Shown here: positions 54,932 to 61,488 of the stretch, one piece after another
Layout of the letters: each line of letters starts with the position of its first letter
Numbering within the stretch: the first letter of the stretch is position 1
Assembly: GCA_017962005.1 (NCBI GenBank)
Contig: JAGCWE010000131.1
Span: 10,068-74,067, forward strand
DNA length: 64,000 bases
Reading direction: 5' to 3'
Origin: Paludibacteraceae bacterium
GTDB lineage: Bacteria; Bacteroidota; Bacteroidia; Bacteroidales; Paludibacteraceae
Notes under the pieces: model-generated
Databases searched by the model: none
What the model saw: the letters and a program-made list of their open reading frames with translations, nothing else
Told to the model about the DNA's origin: nothing
Program-made: the position numbers and the translations under genes

Positions 54932-56161
54932 ATGAGGCGTGTCGTCGTAACAGGTATGGGTATTTGGTCTTGCATTGGGCAGGACTTGCAAACCGTGACA
55001 GAGAGTCTTAAGCAAGGTCGTTCCGGAGTCATCTTTGATCCGAAACGTGTTGAGTATGGTCTTCATTCCGGTCTTGTAGGCAATGTGCCCCGTCCGGATT
55101 TGAAGCCTTTGCTACCTCGCAAGTTCCGCGCAACGATGTCCGAAGATGCAGAATATGCTTACATGGCTGCGTGTCAAGCACTGGAAAAATCCGGTATAAC
55201 CGATGAATATTTGCGTCAAAATGAGGTGGGGCTGATATTTGGGAGTGAAGGCGCAACAGATTGCATTGTACAAGCAGCGGACATAATGGCGCAGGAGAAG
55301 GAGGTTACAGCATTACAGCCAAATATGTTGTTCCAAAGCGAAGCATCCTCTGTCTCGATGAATTTGAGTACGATTTTTCACATAAAAGGAATCAACTTGA
55401 CCATTAGTGCTGCATGTGCAAGTTCTTCGCATGCGATTGGTTTGGCGACGACGTTGATAAGAGATGGTATGCAGGATAGTATTCTTGTCGGAGGCTGTTG
55501 TATGTTGTCTGAAGTAAGCGCACCTGTTTACGATGCTATTAATGGCTTATCCAGAAGGAACGATAGTCCGCATAAGGCTTCCTGTCCTTTCGATGAGGCA
55601 CGTGATGGTATCGTCCATTCCGGAGGAGCAGCTGCTTTGATGCTTGAGGATTATGAGCATGCGATTGAGAGAGGAGCCGATATATTTGCAGAAATTGTAG
55701 GAATAGGAGTATGTAGCAATGGAGATGAAATCTCTGCCCCTACCACGATGAAAGTGGATGTGGCTATGCAGCGGGCAATAGCAGATGCCGGAATAGAGGC
55801 AGGTGATTTGGATTATATATGTCCAATGGCAGCTTCGTTAATCAATGAGGATGAGTATGAGGCGATAGCGATTGACAGACTGTTCCGGGATAAAAAGGCG
55901 TATGTCTCATCTACCGAATCTATGACCGGACATGAGAATTTCATGGCAGGTGCGTCTAAAACGGTATATACTATATTGATGATGCTGAATAATTTCATAG
56001 CGCCCAATATCAATTTGAAGACACCTTCTGAAGCGGCAAAAAATCTCCGGATCGCAAAGCAAACAATCCAAACTCCGATTCAATATGCAATGATTAATGC
56101 ATCTGGATTGGGAGGAACCAATTGCTGTATTGTAGTTAAAAATTATTCGAAAAGTAGTTGA
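54932..56161 (+). CDS. Ketosynthase-like protein (KS3) with degenerate catalytic His and Lys (CLF-like partner?)
   Basis: The Cys is retained (SAACASSSHAI). The first His block NAHATST is replaced by CPMAASL, and SSTKS by SSTES. The second His is retained (TGHENFMAGA). Confidence 0.75.
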   Translation: MRRVVVTGMGIWSCIGQDLQTVTESLKQGRSGVIFDPKRVEYGLHSGLVGNVPRPDLKPLLPRKFRATMSEDAEYAYMAACQALEKSGITDEYLRQNEVGLIFGSEGATDCIVQAADIMAQEKEVTALQPNMLFQSEASSVSMNLSTIFHIKGINLTISAACASSSHAIGLATTLIRDGMQDSILVGGCCMLSEVSAPVYDAINGLSRRNDSPHKASCPFDEARDGIVHSGGAAALMLEDYEHAIERGADIFAEIVGIGVCSNGDEISAPTTMKVDVAMQRAIADAGIEAGDLDYICPMAASLINEDEYEAIAIDRLFRDKKAYVSSTESMTGHENFMAGASKTVYTILMMLNNFIAPNINLKTPSEAAKNLRIAKQTIQTPIQYAMINASGLGGTNCCIVVKNYSKSS

Positions 56162-56165
56162 GACT

Positions 56166-57428
56166 ATGCGTAGGAGAGTTGTCGTCACAGGAATCGGGAT
56201 CTGGTCGAGTATCGGACAGAATCTTCAAACTGTCAGCGAGAGCCTTAAACAAGGGCGTTCCGGAATTGTTTTTGATTCGGAACGGATTGACTACGGCATG
56301 CGTACCGCGCTAATAGGAAATGTTCCTCTGGCTGATTTGAAACCATTATTACCGCATAGCCAAAGAGCTACCATGACTGAAGATGCGTGCTATGCGTATA
56401 TGGCCGCTCGTCAAGCATTTGAACAAGCGCGAATGGATGATGCATTTTTGCGAACAAACGAAGTGGGAGTCATCTTCGGAAATGATGGTAATTCCAGTGG
56501 TACAGAAGTGTCACCTGTTATGCGAAAGGAGAAAGACTCGGAAATGGTGGGTCCCTATTTATTATTTGCGGATCACACCTCATCACCGGTATTTCATTTA
56601 AGTTCCTTGTTTCATTTGAGAGGTGTAAGTTATAGTGTGGATGCAGCATGTTCTTCATCATCTCATGCAATAGGAATCGCCTCTGTTCTGATTCGTAACG
56701 GGATACAATCTACGATATTGGTAGGAGGCTCTATGGAGGTACATAGATTGCCTTTCTTTGCGGAGATGGATGTTGCAGATATGCTGTCTCGTCGTAATGA
56801 AGAACCGGAAAAAGCATCTCGCCCATTCGACCAAGATCGAGATGGTATGGTTCCTTCTGGTGGCGCAGCAGCTTTAGTTTTAGAAGAATACGAGCATGCC
56901 GTAGCACGCGGCGCAACTATTTTGGCGGAAGTGGCAGGCTACGGCTTCTCCTCCAACGGTATAGAAGAAATATCCATGCCTTCCGCCGATGCGGAGTTCA
57001 TCGCCATGAAACGTGCTATCGCAGATGCCGGACTGCAACCTTCTGACGTCGACTACGTCAACGCCCATGCCACTTCCACTCTCGCGGGCGACATCGAGGA
57101 AGCCAAAGCCCTGACACGCCTGTTTGTGGAAGAGAATCAAATCATAAATCATCAATCTGCAATCATAAATAGGAAACCCTATGTTTCCTCCACCAAATCC
57201 ATGACAGGCCATGAAAACTGGATGGCGGGTGCCAGCGAGGCGGTATATAGTATTCTCATGATGCAAAACAATTTTGTCGCACCCAATATTAATCTCGAAA
57301 ACGTCATCGACGAAGCCAAAGACCTCAATATCGTCCGCAAGACGGTCTATACCCCCGTCCGTACCGTTCTTTCCAACTCCTCCGGCATGGGAGGTACCAA
57401 TAGCGCGTTGGTTTTTAGAAAAATATAA
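56166..57428 (+). CDS. Beta-ketoacyl-ACP synthase (KS4), same 13-aa insert as KS2
   Basis: Diagnostic motifs are DAACSSSSHAI, NAHATST and TGHENWMAGA. The C-terminal half is highly similar to KS2, including VEENQIINHQSAIIN. Confidence 0.85.
   Translation: MRRRVVVTGIGIWSSIGQNLQTVSESLKQGRSGIVFDSERIDYGMRTALIGNVPLADLKPLLPHSQRATMTEDACYAYMAARQAFEQARMDDAFLRTNEVGVIFGNDGNSSGTEVSPVMRKEKDSEMVGPYLLFADHTSSPVFHLSSLFHLRGVSYSVDAACSSSSHAIGIASVLIRNGIQSTILVGGSMEVHRLPFFAEMDVADMLSRRNEEPEKASRPFDQDRDGMVPSGGAAALVLEEYEHAVARGATILAEVAGYGFSSNGIEEISMPSADAEFIAMKRAIADAGLQPSDVDYVNAHATSTLAGDIEEAKALTRLFVEENQIINHQSAIINRKPYVSSTKSMTGHENWMAGASEAVYSILMMQNNFVAPNINLENVIDEAKDLNIVRKTVYTPVRTVLSNSSGMGGTNSALVFRKI
57140..57174. repeat. 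Heptanucleotide-period tract inside KS4 (copy of the KS2 tract)
   Basis: It has the same sequence as 54550-54584. Confidence 0.85.
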
Positions 57429-57484
57429 CGTCTAACCTCTAACCTCTAACAACAAAGTGGTCTGACATCTAACTTCTTATTTAT

Positions 57485-57727
57485 ATGGATACGCAAGAAA
57501 TTCAATCAAAGGTAAATGCCTTTATGAACAATCGTCTGGAGTATGATGCAGAACGCCTCACTCCTGAAACAGAATTGAAACGCGACCTTGGCATGACGTC
57601 TCTCGATGCTGTGGAGACCTCTCTTTTCATTAAGCGCACCTTCGGCTTTCAGCCGGAACGTGGTGTGATGAAGACCATAGGAACGCTCCAGGATCTGTAT
57701 GATTACATCGAAGATCATCAAGGATGA
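57485..57727 (+). CDS. Acyl carrier protein (ACP2)
   Basis: 80 aa with the motif DLGMTSLDAVE. Confidence 0.8.
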   Translation: MDTQEIQSKVNAFMNNRLEYDAERLTPETELKRDLGMTSLDAVETSLFIKRTFGFQPERGVMKTIGTLQDLYDYIEDHQG

Positions 57728-57845
57728 TAGTGTATGGTGTGCATGTTTCCGAAAAATACGGAAAGATTTTTGAATTATTTCCGCGAAACAATGACAATTT
57801 TTGAAAAGTCATAGTAAAATATTTGGATATATTCCTGAAGAGTTG

Positions 57846-57853
57846 TAATTTTG
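57846..57853 (+). promoter_or_regulatory. -7 promoter box TAATTTTG for the AbiE module
   Basis: It lies 27 nt upstream of the ATG at 57880. Confidence 0.55.
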
Positions 57854-57879
57854 CAGCGTTTTTGGAATGAAACGCAGAA

Positions 57880-58500
57880 ATGACATACACACAATTCTAT
57901 AATCAATGGCACTCGTTAGGTTGTTTTTCGGTAAACCAAGTGCATGCTATCGTACCGACTTTCAATAGGTCGAACCTTCACCAATGGCAGAAAGCCGGAT
58001 ACATCGTTCCTCTTCGGAAAGGATGGTATGCATTTGCCGATTATGTGCAACAGCCGGATTATGCTCGGTATTTTGCAGGTAAGATATGCGCTCCGTCGTA
58101 CATCAGTCTGCATACTGCATTATCTTTCTATGGTATAATTCCGGAGGCTGTGGTAGAGATAACGAGCGTGACGACGCAAAAGACGTGCCGATACAAGAAC
58201 GCGTTTGGCCAGTTCAGTTATCAGACGGTTCGTCCGCGGTTATTCTGGGGCTTTGAACCTAAGACGATGCGGGATGGAAAGCAATATATGATGGCTACAC
58301 CGGAGAAGGCGATTATCGACTTGCTGTACCTCTATCCACAATATGCGACAGTAGAAGAGATGCGGGAGTTGCGGTTGGATGAGGAATGGATGCAGGAAGA
58401 GTTTGACAAAGAGCGGTTGATGAGTTATGTGGAGCGGATAGGAAGTCCGATAATAAAGAAAAAAGTGCGTTTGCTTTTAAATGCGTACGAAATTAGATAA
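57880..58500 (+). CDS. AbiEi-family type IV antitoxin / transcriptional regulator
   Basis: The N-terminal wHTH-like AbiEi_4-type region reads FSVNQVHAIVPTFNRSNLHQWQKAGYIVPLRKGWYAF. A cognate AbiEii gene follows. Confidence 0.75.
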   Translation: MTYTQFYNQWHSLGCFSVNQVHAIVPTFNRSNLHQWQKAGYIVPLRKGWYAFADYVQQPDYARYFAGKICAPSYISLHTALSFYGIIPEAVVEITSVTTQKTCRYKNAFGQFSYQTVRPRLFWGFEPKTMRDGKQYMMATPEKAIIDLLYLYPQYATVEEMRELRLDEEWMQEEFDKERLMSYVERIGSPIIKKKVRLLLNAYEIR

Positions 58501-58528
58501 ACGAATAGCTCATTGCTGAAAACAGAAC

Positions 58529-59311
58529 ATGATTGACATGGAATACATACGGGGATTTTACCCCCCGTACATTGCCCTGAATGCAAACATGCAGAAGCAT
58601 ATGCTGAAGGAGTATGTGGAGTTGTTGGCGCTGGAGTGGATAACCCGTTCTCCGTATGCGGCGAAATTGGTGTTCATCGGAGGTACGAACTTGCGGTTGA
58701 TACAGGGTATTGACCGGTTCTCAGAGGACTTGGATTTTGATTGCAAAGGGCTGAGCGAGGAAGAGTTCCGGCGGATGTCGGATGAGTTGGTGAAATACCT
58801 GCAACAGCATGGATTGAACGCAGAGTTGCGCAACAAGGAGAATACGCGGTTGATGGCATTTCGCAGCAATGTGTATTTCCCGGAACTGCTGTTTGACTTG
58901 CAACTAACCGGTCATCGGGAGGAACGTTTTCTGATGAAGATAGAGGCGCAGGATCAAAGAACGGATTATCCTCGTGAGATGGCTATTATGCAGCGGAACG
59001 GGTTCTCGTTCCCGGTGCCGGTGCCACCGTTGAGCGTACTGCTATCGATGAAACTATGTGCACTACTGGCGCGGCAGAAAGGAAGGGATTTCTATGACAC
59101 GATGTTTCTGATGCAGCGGACAGAGCCGGATTATGGCTTCTTGCTGAATCAGAAGGGGATTGCGAACAAGGAGCAATTGGATGCTGCCCTACGGGAGATG
59201 GTAAGCAAGACCGATATGAAGACCAAACAGCGCGACTTTGAGCACTTGCTGTTCGATAGCCGCAAGAGCGAGACGATACTGGAATTTATTAGACTGACCT
59301 CTGTCATATGA
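58529..59311 (+). CDS. AbiEii/AbiGii-family nucleotidyltransferase toxin
   Basis: NTase motifs are FIGGTNLRLIQGIDRFSEDLDFDC. It is 260 aa. Its stop overlaps the ACP3 start (ATGA). Confidence 0.8.
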   Translation: MIDMEYIRGFYPPYIALNANMQKHMLKEYVELLALEWITRSPYAAKLVFIGGTNLRLIQGIDRFSEDLDFDCKGLSEEEFRRMSDELVKYLQQHGLNAELRNKENTRLMAFRSNVYFPELLFDLQLTGHREERFLMKIEAQDQRTDYPREMAIMQRNGFSFPVPVPPLSVLLSMKLCALLARQKGRDFYDTMFLMQRTEPDYGFLLNQKGIANKEQLDAALREMVSKTDMKTKQRDFEHLLFDSRKSETILEFIRLTSVI

Positions 59312-59556
59312 CAAAGCAAGAAATAATACAACAGACCAACGCGTTTTTCAGCGACAGACTGGATTCTGACATGTCGCATGTCACTCCGGATACGGAACTC
59401 AAACATGATTTGGGAATCACCAGTGTCGATGCCGTAGCCATCGCCTCTTTTGCACAAAAATCTTTCGGCTGTCCCGTCATCATGTCCGAAATCAAAGCCA
59501 TCATCACAATGGATGATCTCTACAACTATATTGAGAAGAATGGTAAATTATCTTGA
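59308..59556 (+). CDS. Acyl carrier protein (ACP3)
   Basis: 82 aa with the motif DLGITSVDAVA. The 5' end (ATATGACAAAGCAAGA...) resembles that of ACP1. Confidence 0.8.
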   Translation: MTKQEIIQQTNAFFSDRLDSDMSHVTPDTELKHDLGITSVDAVAIASFAQKSFGCPVIMSEIKAIITMDDLYNYIEKNGKLS

Positions 59557-60952
59557 CATCCTTGCTGAAACTATCCGCAATAACTGGGATCAGCCTGCCC
59601 TTACGGATTTCTACCTCACCGAAGACGGTAAGGCTCAAGACACCTCACGCGGTAACCGTTACACCTACGGCGAGATGTATGCAGAGATTGTCCGCGTCGC
59701 CGATTTTCTCACACAACTTGGTTTGCAAGCCGGCGACCATATTGCTATTTGCGGCGCCAATTCTGCCCACTGGGTTATTTCCTACCTCGCCATCGCCAAG
59801 ATGCAAGATGTGTCTGTCGCCATCATGCATACCCTTCAACCGGATCAGATTGCGCAGATGATCAATTTCTCCGATGCCAAAGCGTTGTTTATAGATAAGG
59901 AATTATGGGAAGAATTAAAACAACAATCGTTGCCAAGGGTGGCGAGTGTGATTGCGTTGGAAGATTGGATTGTACTATACGGGCATCGAATAAGAATAAA
60001 TGACAATAATCAATTAACAATTAACAATGACCAATGCCAATTCATCCATGGTGAACTTGACGAATTGGCAATGCTCTGTTTCACCTCTGGTTCATCAGGA
60101 AAACCGAAAGGGGTGATGCTGTCATATAGGAATATTCATTCATCAGTACGTTGCGTTGGAGATACATATCCTGTCAATAAGAACAGAAACACTTTAGCGT
60201 TAATTTCTTTGTCACATCTTTTAGGTTTTGGTAGTACTTTGGTACAACTAACCAAGTGTTGTCATATATTTATTCTTCGGCAGTCAAATGATTTTGTCCG
60301 TTTGCCTCAAATCATATGGATAGTGCAACCTTATGTGTTATTCGGAGTTCCTCAATTATTAGCAATAGCTGCTAAAATGTGGAATCAGAAAAAAATGTTA
60401 TTTTTGGAGAGTTTTGTTGTAGGTGGTGCTGTTGTCTCTGATGTGCTGTGCCGCCAACTAAAGGAGGTGGCGTTCCCATTAGCGACAGGATATGGGGCTA
60501 CAGAATCAAGTGGAACAATCAGTCTTGCATCTGCTCTCTCTTTTCGAGAAGAGTCTTCTGGGAAAGTCGTTGAAGGTTGTAGTGTTAGCATCGCTCCTAA
60601 CGGTGAAATTCTTGTCAAAGGTGAAAATGTCATGTTGGGCTATTATAAAGATCCAGAAGCGACGGCGCAAAAGATAGACAAGGACGGTTGGCTCCATACT
60701 GGCGATAAGGGACATCTGGACGAGGATGGCTATCTCTATGTGGAAGGTCGTTTGGAGCAGGACATCATCGTTCTTCCCAACGGCGAGAACATCCGTCCGG
60801 ATGCTATTGAATCCCTCATCAATGCGCTGCCTGAGGTCTCCGACTCCATCGTCTTCGCCCGTGATGGTCACCTCATCGCAATAGTCGTACCACCAATCAC
60901 CAATCACCAATCACCAATGCGGATTTACGCCGCAGCATATTGCGTGCGATAA
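59540..60952 (+). CDS. AMP-dependent synthetase/ligase (acyl-ACP or acyl-CoA ligase-like); reading frame leaves the conserved C-terminus at a (CACCAAT)4 tract
   Basis: ANL motifs are FTSGSSGKPKGV, GYGATESSG and GWLHTGDKGHLDEDGYLYVEGR. I set the start at MVNYLDIL. After the tract the frame gives PMRIYAAAYCVR-stop, while the conserved tail lies in another frame. Confidence 0.75.
   Translation: MVNYLDILAETIRNNWDQPALTDFYLTEDGKAQDTSRGNRYTYGEMYAEIVRVADFLTQLGLQAGDHIAICGANSAHWVISYLAIAKMQDVSVAIMHTLQPDQIAQMINFSDAKALFIDKELWEELKQQSLPRVASVIALEDWIVLYGHRIRINDNNQLTINNDQCQFIHGELDELAMLCFTSGSSGKPKGVMLSYRNIHSSVRCVGDTYPVNKNRNTLALISLSHLLGFGSTLVQLTKCCHIFILRQSNDFVRLPQIIWIVQPYVLFGVPQLLAIAAKMWNQKKMLFLESFVVGGAVVSDVLCRQLKEVAFPLATGYGATESSGTISLASALSFREESSGKVVEGCSVSIAPNGEILVKGENVMLGYYKDPEATAQKIDKDGWLHTGDKGHLDEDGYLYVEGRLEQDIIVLPNGENIRPDAIESLINALPEVSDSIVFARDGHLIAIVVPPITNHQSPMRIYAAAYCVR
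59988..60044. repeat. Heptanucleotide-period tract (CAATnnn x~8) in frame inside the ligase gene
   Basis: CAAT recurs at 60004, 60011, 60018, 60025 and 60032. The tract encodes RINDNNQLTINNDQCQ. Confidence 0.8.
60891..60918. repeat. Perfect heptanucleotide repeat (CACCAAT)x4
   Basis: Four perfect units of 28 nt, which is not a multiple of 3. The tract sits exactly where the ligase frame and the conserved C-terminal frame diverge. Confidence 0.95.
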
Positions 60953-61056
60953 ATCCGCAACTCCCTCTTTTCTCCCAGCTCTATGATGTGGAAATCACGG
61001 ATATCCCGCTACAAAGAACCGAAAAACAAACCCTCAAGAGGTATCTCTATAAATAA
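60916..61056 (+). other. Out-of-frame 3' segment encoding the conserved ligase C-terminus
   Basis: The alternative frame reads NADLRRSILRAINPQLPLFSQLYDVEITDIPLQRTEKQTLKRYLYK-stop. This is the expected ANL C-terminal subdomain ending, including the conserved Lys-containing T-x-K-x-x-x-K-R block. Confidence 0.7.
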
Positions 61057-61078
61057 AAGCGCAGTAAAATGCGCTTTT
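61055..61078 (+). terminator. Rho-independent terminator of the biosynthetic operon
   Basis: Stem AAAAGCGC/GCGCTTTT with an 8-nt loop, then a T-tract. Confidence 0.65.
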
Positions 61079-61102
61079 CAGTTGCAGATCTCAAAAAAGC
61101 TG

Positions 61103-61110
61103 TACCTTTG
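61103..61110 (+). promoter_or_regulatory. -7 promoter box TACCTTTG for hipBA-1
   Basis: It lies inside direct repeat copy A, 73 nt upstream of 61183. Confidence 0.5.
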
Positions 61111-61182
61111 CGGCGATTAAGATACTATATTATCCGTTACTTGTAATAGTAAGCTGTAAGGCACATAATAATATCTCTTATA

Positions 61183-61488
61183 ATGTACTCATTCGGACAA
61201 ATATCATCGGGAGAATTGATGCAACAATTGGCAGAGCGGTTGAAAGCAAGGCGGTTGGAAAAAGGCTTGTCACGTCCGGCATTGGCGGGACTGTCCGGTG
61301 TCCCGGCTCCTACGATTGCGCGTTTTGAGCAGCGGTATGCGATATCCATGCGGCAGTATATTGACTTGGCGATGGCTTTGGGGTATGCGGACCAGTTGCA
61401 GGTGCTGATGCAAGAGCCGATATACAGAACGATGGAGGAACTTGAAACGATAAAGCAGAATCAGCATCGCAAACGCGGTCGGGGATGA
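61183..61488 (+). CDS. hipB: XRE-family HTH antitoxin (HipB-like)
   Basis: HTH segment LSRPALAGLSGVPAPTIARFEQ. It overlaps the downstream HipA-family gene by 4 nt. Confidence 0.7.
   Translation: MYSFGQISSGELMQQLAERLKARRLEKGLSRPALAGLSGVPAPTIARFEQRYAISMRQYIDLAMALGYADQLQVLMQEPIYRTMEELETIKQNQHRKRGRG

Larger units (their letters stand above)
61018..61115. repeat. 98-nt direct repeat, copy A (ligase 3' end + terminator + promoter)
   Basis: It matches 62628-62725 at 96 of 98 positions. Confidence 0.9.
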
